Shown here: positions 13,568-26,111 of the stretch, piece by piece
Layout of the letters: each line of letters begins with the position of its first letter
How positions within the stretch are numbered: the stretch's first letter is position 1
NCBI GenBank assembly: GCA_010093705.1
Contig: MU006108.1
Coordinates: forward strand, 62,001 to 126,000
Reading direction: 5' to 3'
DNA: 64,000 nt
From: Patellaria atrata CBS 101060
Taxonomy: Eukaryota
Translations under genes and position numbers: made by a program
The notes under the pieces: generated by a model
What the model was told of the DNA's origin: nothing
The model's database searches: none
What the model saw: only the letters and a program-made list of their open reading frames with translations

Positions 13568-14364
13568 TCCTATTCCCTGGTTTTTTGAAATCTCTTCTAC
13601 AGTGTTCGTCGTCTCGCGCCTGTCGATAACCGGAGAGCGAATCTCTGGTCACACTTTAACTCTTCAAAAGATGTTCTCGAACCGCTCAATACGAGAATCA
13701 TTTCCCATAAACGACAAGATCTTAAAGAAGCTTGCTCGCGCCTTAATTCTCTTTCTGCGACACATACGAGATTCTTATGGATACCGAACCGGTTAACTCT
13801 ATAGAACCGGTGTTAGGGTATCTCAATTCTTGTCATTGATTGGTGTCCATCATTGTAGATATGAATGAATGAATCTCTAAACGTTCTAAATGGAAAAAAG
13901 ACTCAGAATGTAGGGCGTTCCGTTCCCCACGTCAACACATCACTTTACTCGATACCCGAATATGCTTCTACAGTCTTCCCGGATTGTTTTCAAAAACGCT
14001 CTTTTATACGATCCTGATCAATTACCTCGAGGATTGGAGTAATGGACCCTGGTTTCCACTTGAATACATGGGCGTTCCTACCTAATTATTCACGATATCC
14101 AGAGACCAATATCATCAGCTAAGTCAATGGCTAGTCTAATTGGGAACACGAGTATCTGCTCCCAGAAAGAATCTACTAAAGATGGGAAAAGAGATCCATA
14201 AGCCGTACGAAACAAGTTCTACCGTGTACAAAATCCGTTTGTACAAGTGGAGAATCTTTTATTTGTGCTATATTTTTTTTATTAGAAGGAGCGGATTATC
14301 TACAATACCTACGCAATTTACAATCTACCTATCTTGCGTCTGTCTCTATGAGTGGGACCATCTC

Positions 14365-16102
14365 TTAATGGGGCCTTTTACCTTTCACGCTCACCCATTC
14401 CATCGCCACAGCACCAACAAGTGAACAACATCCTAGCACCAGAGCAACCTTGAACACATCGGTCAATGCATCATTGTACACATTCAGCACGAGGTCCAGC
14501 AGCGACGAGTCAACCACATGCCTCAGCTCCGTCGCCCCTGTATTTGCGATCACACGTGCATCGATGCCCTCAACGCCAGACAGACCGGATATCAGCTTGT
14601 TACTGAGGATGTTCTGCGCCACCGAGATGAATACCGCACCTCCCAACCCCTGTGCAAAAAACATGAGTGATGTGCCCGTCGGTACGTCTTTCTTGTCCAG
14701 TACTGCATTTGCTGCGGTAGCAGTCTGTTGGACTCCCAGCCCTAGCCCCATTCCTGCGAGCACCTGATATCCGATCCACTTCTCGTGGCCTGTCGTCGTC
14801 GTGAATGTTGTGAGCAAACCACAGCCTATCGAGAAGAAGACAGAACTGCCGATCATGAAAGGAGTGTAGAAGCCCGACATCGTTACCAGTGCTCCTGAAA
14901 TTATACTAAACAGCACAACACCCAGCAGCATCGGTAGATTCATTATACCAGATTTGACCGCCGATGCATCCTTGATGGCCTGAAACCAGAACGGGAGATA
15001 GTAAACTAGGACTAACATTCCCCCTCCGATGCACGTTGTGAACCAGACTCCGGACGCTATGCTGCGCTGCCTGATTATGCGAGGAGGAACCGTTGCGCTC
15101 TCACCACGCCAGATCTCGACTGCGACGAAGACTAAGAGCGTGATTGAGAAAATGACCAGTAATGCGATGATCCGACCATCCGACCAGGCATACTTTGCTC
15201 CGCCCCATTGCAGCGCTAGAAGTAAACAAACGATACTCGGCATGAATATTACTGTCCCCAGGGGATCAAGCTGGATCATCTTCTCTTTGAAGGTCATGTT
15301 ATCCACCATTGTAGGAATCCGTAGTACCAACACGAGAACCGCTACAGAAAACCCACCAAGGGGTAGATTTATATAGAAGCACCAACGCCACGATACATGG
15401 TCCGTAAAGGCGCCACCGAGGATAGGACCGGCGACAGACGCGACCCCGAAAACGGCGCCCATGAAGCCCATATATATGGGCCGTTTCCGGAGAGGGATAC
15501 TATGCATGATGATCACGACGATGCCCGAGAAGACTCCTGCCGATCCGAGGCCTGCGATCGCCCGGCCGATGATCAGGGCTATGGAGCTAGGTGCTGCGCC
15601 GCAAATGGTGGACCCGACTTCGAAAATGAAGATACTCGCGAGGAAGACAGCTTTCGGACTATAGAATGTGTAGATGCGGCCGAAGAGGAGCTGAGAGGCG
15701 CACATGGTGAGTGTGTACGCGCTACCATACCAGCCGACGTCTTCTAAGGAGTTGAAATCGTCCGTTATGCGGGGGATCGCTGTCGCTATGATGGTTCTGT
15801 CCTATGCTTTCATTAGTGCTATAAGATTTGAAGGTGGAGACGGGACGATATACCAGAGCAACGAGGAACAGAGACAGGTATATAGAGATCATAACGAGAA
15901 GGATGGACATCCCTTTGGGTTGCTGGGCTTCGTCTTCCATCTTGGGGTCGATGTCTTCTTCCTCATTCTTCAGTGCTTCAGGACGGACTGACGTTGCTTC
16001 GTCCTCTTTTTTTGACTCTGTATGCTTTTCGACATCTTCCTCTAGCTGTGTTTGGGAAGAAGCTTCTTTGACAATTGACGTTCCATCTCCTTTCTTCGAC
16101 AT
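14365..16102 (-). CDS. MFS 14-TM drug/toxin efflux transporter (DHA2/AflT-like, 561 aa)
   Basis: Exons 16102-15854, 15801-14365; LDRTIIATAIPRIT, GPILGGAFT, WRWCFYINLP motifs and many TM segments. Confidence 0.93.
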
Positions 16103-16883
16103 AACGAACGTGTCTGCAGCTGTTTCTGATAGGCTAGTGAATTGACGGTACAGTTAGAAGAAGAGAAGAGCAAATTATAAGCAGACTTGACTGGGGAAGA
16201 TGATCACATATGCTACAAGAAGATGCTCCGGGTCCCTTTACATATTTGGTCAAGAATACGGTATAAAAGGAGCTTGTCGGGACCGACGAGAACCACCATG
16301 ATACTTAGAATCCTTCTAGAGTCCATTCGAAGTAAATTCCACAGAACAAGATATTGTTTCAGCCTTTGAAAGTGACGAATTCCAATGCTCGCATCCTATC
16401 ATGGACCTCGTAATTTGTTGAAAATGGTGCATATTATCCCGATTCTCCGATGGTAAGGAGATAGGATGTCGGTGAGTCGGTGACATGATGTACCGTTTAG
16501 GGAGAAGTTCAAGCACGTGACCAAGGAGGGCATTTTCAACTAGAACAGATCTAGTTCAGCCTATTTTTAGTTCTATCTTCCTTTCATATTTGAATATTTC
16601 AACTCCCGAAGAGCGGTAGCAAAGATATTATCGTGGTGAGAATCCGACTGGAAGCTAGAAGTTATCTATATGACTATAGAGTAGGACTAAGTTATTCTCA
16701 AGCTCATTATAGTTGATCAAGCAGGCCATGTCGTTCGGTTAAAGGCAAAGATACTTCTATATGCGTGCTCTGTATGCACCCGTATGTATGACCTCACCTC
16801 GTAATAATGCTCGACTCCCACCACATGCCTACTTACTGCAACTATTTCTCTTTATTCATTTATAAATGCAACGAATGCAATAA

Positions 16884-18096
16884 ATGATCCGAACACTCTC
16901 ACAAACTACTTCCTCGGCTGCTCTTTTTATACGATCTTCGTTCATCCTGAGGACAAGAACACCATCTCTCTCCTACATACGCACAATGGCAACAGGGAAA
17001 GCAGACAACGAGCAATTGAAGAGTTCGAAGCTCTTCGATGTATCCCATGTTACTGCCGTTGTAACTGGCGGAGGAACGGGAATTGGTTTGATGATCACCC
17101 AAGCTCTTGTCACCAACGGAGCGAAGGTATACATCACCGGTAGAAGAGAAGAGGCTCTGCAGCAGGTTGTAAAACTTTACAACAGTGGCCCCGGCAAAAT
17201 CATTCCGTAAGGCTTGCTTAGACACACTTTGACATCCTTTTCTTCATTCTCTCATGTTTGTCCTCCCAGTCTTCCCGGCGATATAAGCGATAAGTCCGAA
17301 GTACAACGTCTGGCCAAAGATATCTCGTCCAAGGAACCAAAGGGGATTCAGCTCCTTGTCAACAATGCCGGTATCGCCCGTGACGATGCGACAAAGTTCT
17401 CGAGTGCCGGTGAGCCAAACATGGAGGATCCAGTCTCAATATCTGAACACTTCCTGAAATCTCCGCCCGAGTCTTGGGAGGAAACGTTCAAAACCAACGT
17501 GACGGCTCAATTCTATATGTCAATGGCATTCTTACCTCTCCTAGCGAAGGGCCAGAATGAAACTCCTGGCTACACGTCCAGTGTCGTTAATATCTCCAGT
17601 GTCTCAGGCGCCATGAAAGGTCCTAGCAGCGGCCAGTTCGCGTACGCTTCGAGCAAGGCAGCATTCACTCATCTGACGAGGATGCTAGCTACCACCTTTT
17701 CCAAAACCGGTGTCAGGGTAAATTGTATAGCGCCTGGTATCTTTCCTAGTGAGGTGAGTTACCGTTCTCCTTTCGTTGATCACCCTGCGGATACCGTAGG
17801 CTATTCAATGGATTGGAAGAGCTCAGAGTACTGACAATTATTCTGTAGATGACGGCTGGAGACTCGGATAACGATCAGAAATCGTCACTCGATATGAAAC
17901 CATCAAACCCAGCTCGGCGTACTGGACATGACGCCGATATAGCGGCGACCATTCTTCTCCTCGCAGGCCACGGTGGAGCCTTCTATAACGAACAGATCAT
18001 GTATCCAGATGGAGGTAAATTATCGCACCTCATTCTATTCTTCTCGAGTTAACAATATGTCTAGGCAATACCCTCGTGCAGCCAGCGGCCAATTAG
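16884..18096 (+). CDS. Short-chain dehydrogenase/reductase (334 aa; second in-frame ATG at 16986)
   Basis: Exons 16884-17206, 17270-17753, 17849-18014, 18065-18096; TGGGTGIG, NNAG, YASSK, VNCIAPG motifs. Confidence 0.93.
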
Positions 18097-18477
18097 CGTG
18101 GAACTTTTCCTATGTGATGCACGTGTATCATTTTTTTGTACAATAAGGGGTCGTTGACTCAATGAGGGTTATTATTGTCTCACTCTAACTTCTTTGTTCA
18201 AATCTAAAATAAGACCTTTGGCAAATGAAACTATTGTCTCAATTGTAATTTCTGTCTATGGTTGAGTGTCCTTGTTCTTCGGAGCCTCAACCCGGCATCA
18301 ATGACTTCCTACATTATCATCGGCGTGACCAATGCGAACTATTCACAAATTTTCTTAACAATCGCGAACTATTCCCCAACCACCAACACTCAAGCAAACG
18401 ATTGCACATGCGACATCTTTAGCAACGCACTCCCATCGCATCAGCGTTCCTACATGATCAATAGCATTCTCATTACA

Positions 18478-19515
18478 ATGACTCGACCCCAGCCACCTTC
18501 CTCCGTCTATATGTATCCGTCGATTTCTTCTTCCTCATCTTTTTTTAACAATAAGTACCCCTCAAGTCCTTCTTCATATACCTTTACCTACCCAATGTTT
18601 CCTCATTCACAACGCTTCGATCCCGGTCGGATCCCGAAATTCGCAGCCTGGCCGCTCCCACCTTACAACCCTATTTTTCCAGCCAATTACCGTCTTAAGG
18701 CCAATCCAGACGTGCTTGGCCCATATGCTGACCTTGTATATGATGAGAATTGCGCCCGGATTCGAGCGCGCTTCGCCGGCACCAACCCAATGCGCGGCTA
18801 TAACGAGCCCTGGCTCCCGAATCTCTATCTGACTCGTGACACCTACAGTATGCTTAGTTACCGGATGCTGCGTAAAAACTCGAAATCCAACCCCATCCGC
18901 ATCCTCGCTCCCGAGCCCGTGGAAGCCGAGCCAAAGAAAGCCGAGCCAGAGACCATTCCTCGCCCATGCACGCCACCACCTCGATATTGGGATCCGCTCG
19001 CCAACGCCTACACCGACTCACCCTAAGTCGGCCTACGCATCCTCGAGCAATTTCAGGAAGAGGCCAGAAGGGACGAAGAAGAATCGGAAAAAATCGAGCG
19101 ATCCCGACGGATGATGAAGAACTACGAGGAAGAAGTAATAGACTGCGCCCAGTTCCTCCTCCACTGGGCCCTCAGGATCTACCTCGTCGTCATCACCGCC
19201 GTCACCATCTGCAAGGTCCCTTGGTGGTTCTACCTCGTCTACGGTACGCTCTTCCTGCTAGTCGCCTCCGTCCCCCCGGCCATCGGCCTGTACCGCAACT
19301 TCCGCATCAGCGACGACACCAAGCGATACGTCCGGTACCACTAGTGCGTCCTCAAGCTCGAGTGGGACATAGTATACTACTCTCCGAGGAGCTTCGCCGT
19401 CTTCCGCGTGCTGAACGCCACCGTCTTCAATCCGAAGTACTGGTCCATAGCTTTCGGCCTGTGCTTCGTCTTCGTAGTACTCACGAGAACGCCGGATTAG
19501 CGCAAGCTTTTTTGA
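18478..19515 (+). pseudogene. Orphan membrane-protein-like reading frame interrupted by in-frame stops (pseudogene or recoded gene)
   Basis: One frame with coding-like GC3-rich codons continues across TAA 19024-19026, TAG 19342-19344 and TAG 19498-19500; hydrophobic segments lie on both sides of the second stop; start codon uncertain. Confidence 0.6.
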
Positions 19516-19833
19516 AAAAGGCTTCGCGTACGGGAAACGTGCTGGATGAGTGTTCGCGATGGAAATTGGCTGGAGTGTTAAATGGACGAGGTTCACTTAG
19601 AGTATCGATATCAGTCGTGCACTATCATCGCTTGTCATCATCGTTCGACGAAATCACTTTATCACCATCGTATTCGAGGCACATCGTCTATCCTACCGGC
19701 ATCATTCATCATCATCATCAATGGAGGAACTGGAAGGGCAAATCGTTCATGGATTCTCGACAAAGAGAAAGAAAGAAGATCAACTGTCTGTCTGTCTGTC
19801 GATTTCAAGAATTGGAAAAAGAGTAGATTATCT

Positions 19834-19985
19834 TTGGATTGATCTATCACATTGGAAGAAAGGAGTAAATCGTTATATCGTGGTTCATTGGCGCTGCAGA
19901 AGGAGTAAAATCGGCCTTGGATAGATCTGTCACACTGGAAGAAGGGAAGCAAATTGTCACATGGTGGTTCATTGGCGCTGGAGAA
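19834..19985. repeat. Degenerate direct repeat, ~83-bp period, 2 copies
   Basis: ttggattgatctatcacattggaagaaaggagtaaat...gtggttcattggcgctgcagaa versus ttggatagatctgtcacactggaagaagggaagcaaat...gtggttcattggcgctggagaa. Confidence 0.8.
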
Positions 19986-20273
19986 TGAATTTTAGCAGTA
20001 TCTCAGGGAAATTGATCAGGATAAGAAAGGTCCATTGATTCATCATTTCAGACCAAGGTCTGGTCGTTCAGTTCTTATTTTCATTTCTTTATCAAACTCA
20101 GGCGCTGCTCATATAGCGAGTCTGGCGTCTTTTGATATCTTATGGAACTTTATCATTTCTGGAAAGGCTTCTTATTGGGCCGTTCGGTTCATGTTCATCT
20201 TTTTCTTCAAATCAGGCTGTTGAAATAGCGGGCCTGGCGTCTGTTTATTGACAGAAGCTTATGCTTAGATCCC

Positions 20274-20294
20274 AATCAATCAATCAATCAATCA
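20274..20294. repeat. (AATC)n microsatellite
   Basis: aatcaatcaatcaatcaatca. Confidence 0.9.
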
Positions 20295-20882
20295 TCGAAT
20301 TACATTGCTTACATTAGTGATGACATTGCTGTGGATGTGCTGATGTCTACCCATTACCTTACATCCTTGAAACTCAATACCTTCCTGCCGTACCATCGGG
20401 AGCGCCAGATACTGATAAATGATCTACTCAGTGGCGGGTGTAAGATTGCTTCTATAATTTGCTCTATCTATTACCCCAGTGACCTCCCTAATAACGAAAA
20501 CCTTTCCTATAGATCCACTCTACAATCGAACCTCTACCAAAAGCTGCGTCCCCTTAAATGAAAGCTTGACAATAATAGTCCGTTTGTTCTGCGTGCTTTC
20601 CACACTCCCAGCCAAACATCCAGGAGGGTTGGATACAGCAAATGTCATTGCTGACGTAGCAGCCTTTTCCGTACGCACCGGACATCTCCACTATCCGTAT
20701 GTGCTCCACGATCGATAGTCCCGCGCTGAGCGTTGAAATTGAAAATTTTGCTCTATCCCAGAACTTCGGAAGACTGGAGAATTTGAACAAAATATCGGTT
20801 TAAAGGGAAAGGAAAAACAGGGGGAAAGATTCGGTTAATCCGAATGGATCAATATGAACATTGATCATGAGGAAGGGTATTG

Positions 20883-21033
20883 CGCGGCTGGTACTGATAG
20901 CCGGGATAGGTAAGCGCATGGTGCTCTGTAAAACTGATGTGCGGTTGGTACTAATAGTCGGAAAGGGTGAGCACATCGACGTTTTAAGGGAAGTTACTAT
21001 GCGAATGATATTTATAGTTGGGATAGGTGAGTA
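20883..21033. repeat. Degenerate ~58-60-bp tandem repeat, 3 copies
   Basis: gcggctggtactgatagccgggataggtaagc / gcggttggtactaatagtcggaaagggtgagc / gcgaatgatatttatagttgggataggtgagt. Confidence 0.7.
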
Positions 21034-21296
21034 AGAGTTGATTAGCGATGGCTCTAAGGATCGTCCTTGGTCGAAACATATGAGCCAGTCTGCATTTTGC
21101 CCTGGTCATTTCTCTTCCTTTACGTTCTCTATTCCCTCTAGCACCTCTTCTAATGAACTAAGATGACTGTTTTATCCGCATAGATGTTTGAGTAGGTAAG
21201 GGGTGATGGAAGCGATGCTCTTTGCTGAACCTTAACGTCTTCTTGCCCTCATCTTTGTAGTCTTATTGTCGAGTGAACAGGAAATGATTCGGATTA

Positions 21297-23038
21297 TCAG
21301 CAAAACAACCAAGTCCCGGCTTGTTTGAAAAGTCTCCATTGAGGTTCGATGCACTCTGAAAATCCCTTCAAAATGACTTCGTTTCCGCCTGTGAGATCAG
21401 ACTTCACTTCTTCCGCCTTTCGGTATACCATTTGCGCAAACCGGCTCGATTTACCGTGACTCTTTTCTACGTTCGCTTCTACCTGGAGTAGTAAACTGTA
21501 CGCGATAACGGGGAAATCCAGTCCTCCTTTCTCCTGCATATTTTGGACTGGTGGATAGCTGTCGATCTCATTCACCAGGTAGATTATCAGCTTCACCAAA
21601 GTCCAAATATGGACTACCCGCAGGGGATGATGTGGTTGGGGATACAGCACAGGGTCAACGTGGAAATGGATCTTCGAAGCTTGCATGAGTGCTGCAACAA
21701 ATTGCCCAGCGGTAAGCGTTCTCACATACAACTCTTTTCGTAGTGCGGCAAACGGCTGGCGGGTGGGCGAGAACATGCCTGATTGATAGCACATTTGCAT
21801 GTTATCGTCAAGCATTGTCATAGCCTCTTGATTATCTTCCAAGTCCCGTGATTTCTCCAGCGCGTCGAAAGCCTTTGCCTGAAGAATTGCCATATACCTC
21901 AACCGGAGTTCATCACAACCAACGTAATTGGGCCCACCATGCTCAATAGTAGAAGATAGATCACGGCGTTCCTTGAGTAATATCCGGGCTTTGGAAGCCC
22001 AATACTTAGTCACTGACGAGACTAAGAACTCATCCTGAGGAAGGGTGCTTCCTTTCTCGCAATTGGAACAAGCGCAAGTAAAATGATAGCGAGATTTTAA
22101 CTCTGATTGGCGTCTGTAAAACGGATTACTGCTGTCGATGTACGAGATGAAGACTTCTTGATCTCCCTTAATATCTTTCAGAGCACGCAAGGACACCTCC
22201 GGACCATCCATGACTATGAAAGCATTGGGGTCACAAGAATGATTTGCCGATGCGAGGAGCGGGTCCAGACATATACCCAATGGATCATAAGTAGGAGTGA
22301 TTAGAGCAAAAGAGTTTGTAAGGACCTAATAGGTTAGATAGAGGATGGAAAGGATTTGTATTTAGTCCTACCTTCGCAAATATCTCTTGCGCGATCCCTT
22401 CATTGAAGGCATTCTGAGTCCCAGAGATTTCCAAGGCGCCCTTGGATAAGACTTCTATCTTCTCTAGAAGTTGTTTGTGTGACTCAGTGGATCGAATGTG
22501 GTCAAGATGCGAAGTGAGACGGCCTAATGAGTCCCATTGATCATCCGTCAAGGCCCCATGTCGTCTCATTGTTAGTATCTGTATGGTAGCTCGTACAGCA
22601 TTAGGTAGTTGGTTGCTACGCAAGAACTCCTTGAAGCGGGAACATTCGTGCTTATGGTGTCTCTTCCAAGACTGAGATTGACATTTCTATGGCCTCTTAT
22701 TAGCAAACTTCAAGATAGCGAGTAGAATTATGTCAAGGATATCAATTCGCGTAGGAGTCAAAACTTACCGTCGAGCAGTATTTCAACACTTTACAGCCAC
22801 TACATGCTTTAACGCCTACTTTGTCCACCGCATCCCCTTTACTGCTGAACAGAGGTGTCGTACTCCAGATGAAGCAATTAGAGCAGCTATCGGACAATCT
22901 GGGTAGATCAAGAACGGCGATAAGTGGTCGTGCCAGGGACAATATCAATTCCCCTGGTGGGATATTTTCCCGAGCAAAAAGCCCACTACCTGAGGTGGGG
23001 GAGGGCTTTACATCAGCCCGACAAGGTAGTGATGACAT
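21297..23038 (-). CDS. SET and MYND domain lysine methyltransferase (SMYD-like, 537 aa)
   Basis: Exons 23038-22769, 22686-22372, 22325-21297; GSGLFA, MYND finger CSNC...CSGC...YCSTKCQ...WKRHHKHEC, NHSCDPN, ISYI, post-SET FTCACSNC. Confidence 0.93.
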
Positions 23039-25125
23039 GGTGAGAGATGGTGGTAGTTTTGGCTTTGTTCATAGAAGAAGTTACGTTTTTGATAATTGGT
23101 AAAAGGGGAAATACTGTAGTCGCGTCCAGGGGGTTCACACCAGGTTCACAAACGGTATGTGCGTCATTCTCAGATACGGGCTAAGTTACGAAATCACGTG
23201 CAGCCTACCTCACAGTACTTTTTGTTCGATAGCTAGGAGAGATATTTCTCCGACTTCCCATATTCGCTCGTTATCGCATTCAAGCTACCTCCGTATATCA
23301 ATCGAGATATCAAATTGTTTAGAATCACGACCGGAGTAATCGGCATCACACCTGCAAGTTGCTCTGTTTCGAAGCATTCTCAAATCTTTATACATATCCG
23401 AGGTTCGCGCCTACAGTATCTGTTTCGGAACGTGAGTACTCCTATAGCACTGGGTTTTGCCTGTGAGACCATATACCCGCACTCCGAGGGACCCCATTGA
23501 CGACATTCTATAGCATGGATGAACCTGTATCCGTGACCGACGCCCCTCGGGAATACAGTCTGACCCTAGTCGAAAGTGAGAAACCAGTTCTTCGGAAACA
23601 AGACTAATGACACAGGATTTGCATAGCGGAGGCTAAGATATAGAGTATGGTTATAGACACTCACCGTAAATATGACCATTGACTCCGGAAACGTGCTGCC
23701 AAAAATAGAAGAGTTTTCAGTTACACAAGAGATATCAGCTGCCTGAAGCAGTGAATGATAAAATGATCTTTCGATAGCGAAAATGATGGCCGGCACAGAT
23801 CTTCATGCAAGGTAGGAGGCCATTGTATGATTCCAAGAGCCTAGGGATATTTTTTCTCTATTAAGATAAGGAAAATCTAAGCCACCAGGCGTACCTGCAC
23901 CTATACAACGCATACGTACTCCGAGGGCAATGGCCAAGTCATCTGGGTGTCAAAATCGATCTCCAGGGCGTATAAGTCTATCACCGATGCATCCTCTGAC
24001 GTATAGATACACGAATACCTTTCTGCCTTGCTCACCTGAATGATGACCTGCATGGTGGAAGCAGTATCGAATTGATTGTACTTGATCTGTGCGTCACATA
24101 TTAAGCAATATGAATATGTGACAATATAACGAGTGTAACTATTTACTTCTTTGTAAAGGTTTTATGTAGCCGATTATTCCCAGGTATATACAAATTCCCA
24201 ACGGGAGAAAGTGTCAAGCATGAAAATGAAGAGTGTCAGCCATGCTGACATACCACCATTCCCTGTGCTCGCAAGCTCAGCTTATTCAACTCAGCCCAAT
24301 AGTAATTTGATTTCATAAGAGTAACATGCGATGGGATTGGACGGTGTTCTGTGAATTCATACTGCGAGTCTCTCATGTCCTACATAAGTTTAGAGTACTG
24401 CTCGCAATTTAAAAGTTTTGATAAATGAGAGCTATCGCCTTTTGAAACGATTATAGCAAGAGCAGGATTCGAGAGAGTTTAGGAGAGCGAGATTGAGATC
24501 TATGCATTCAGATTAGTCCTCTGGTTAGGCTCGCCATATGGTACAAGATTTGCTGGATTCCATAGACTATCTGCAGATAGAACTAGTAAGTTTAACGACG
24601 CAATCCTAGACCCAAGCCGCTTTAGAGGATTACCACTGAAGAACCCGTCAGCGACTCTTCCAAGCGCATCACGAAACTAGTGCACCCAATTAGTCCATAC
24701 ATAGAGAAGTGGAAAATGGGTACCGGAACGAACATACACCTTGAAGAATGGCTTGACGAGCATGTGCGGTCTCAATCATACAGTGGTCCAGTTATTCCCC
24801 CTGCGTTTAAAGTATAAACATTCCCCCAAGAGGTTGGCATAGTATTTGTGTTGATCGTCCGTGGTAGGATAATTCACTGGAGCTGGAGAGAGTAACGGGT
24901 TGGAGCAATAGAAAAGATTTCATCTATGGGTCTGACACAAAGTTACCCGATGTATCACCAAATGGTGTTACCACAAGGTCTGTTTCGAGAGCATATGGGG
25001 CTTCCATTCGACCTACTAGCCAAGTGATAAGTACCGACCTTTTGTCTTCTCCAAAGGGCTTCACCAATATCCAGCAGAGCGGTGCACCAGCAACGGCTTC
25101 AAAAGGCAAGCACAGTTCCAGAAAT

Positions 25126-26068
25126 ATGACACAGCAGAACCCTAGATGGCAGAAAATAGTGGATGGTATTATATCTGATTGCGCGAAGCCTGGCTTCTGG
25201 CAACTCAAAAGGCTTTCTCTAGGCCTCACAAACAGGGAGATGAACTACTCTGTTATGTGCTCCATACTCGCAACATCGAGCATTATTTATTTGGATAAAG
25301 AACTGAGAGCGAATAGAATCGAGATTCCAGCAAATGAAGGCCCAAGGGGACGTCTTCTGCGCATAGCAGCAGGATATGCTCTGTCCACAGTAGAGTACAA
25401 GCCTAACGCATCACTAACGACGCAATTACAGCAATTCAGAGAACTTGTTTTTGCGAGTTTATGCGTCGTCCTGGAACAACAAACCGTACCAATAGCGAAA
25501 ATAAATGATATTATGCGGCTGTGTATCTCTGCTTCGGGTACAGCAAACTTGTACCGTCTAAGGCGAGGTGCTCTATGGGTAAATCGGGTGATAGCAGGGC
25601 TCATTAAGAAAGGATGGGGACATCATGCCACTGAGCTATTTTTCTTATGTACGTATTCCTATTTCTTGATAACGGAGCCACTCGCGGTATTTGTGACAGA
25701 ACTGACCTATTCATCTGTAGGCGGCCGGTCCGTTTCGCAATATGGACTCCTTTGGGAATCGTCTTCGCGGTCATTCCCATATTTCTCAGCAAGAGTAGAA
25801 CAATCGAGAGAGAGCGCTAATGCACTCTCGGACGAACCTGGCTGGGTGCCTTTATGTATTCCTATGATTATCAAGAGTTTGGTTGGAGACGTGGTATCGT
25901 GAGTATTCAACATCTTATAGAAGTACATCCTCATTATAATGCTCATAATCTGACATATTAAGGGTAAGTCAATCCCACATAAGTCTGGCTTTAGGATACG
26001 ATGAGACGACGTTGGCTCAAATATGTGAAACTGTTGTGCAAAACAACACCTCCTTGATGTACTGCTAA
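25126..26068 (+). CDS. Hypothetical protein of unknown function (268 aa from first ATG; 5' end uncertain)
   Basis: Exons 25126-25648, 25721-25898, 25963-26068 with GTACGT/GTGAGT donors and CTGAC branch sites join in frame; the frame is open upstream to 24868 with no ATG. Confidence 0.6.
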
Positions 26069-26111
26069 GGTGCGCTGGGTTCATCGTCAAACGAGGTGTA
26101 TACGGTATAAA

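Noticed and set aside
14365..18096. MFS pump plus SDR as a secondary-metabolite cluster
   Set aside because: No PKS, NRPS, terpene synthase or cluster transcription factor in the window
18966..19826. 286-aa Arg-rich plus-strand ORF
   Set aside because: Composition typical of an off-frame read of the GC3-rich interrupted orphan frame
24400..24867. RIP-mutated 5' half of the 25.1-26.1 kb orphan
   Set aside because: About 10 stops in about 150 codons is similar to random sequence; cannot be supported without homologues
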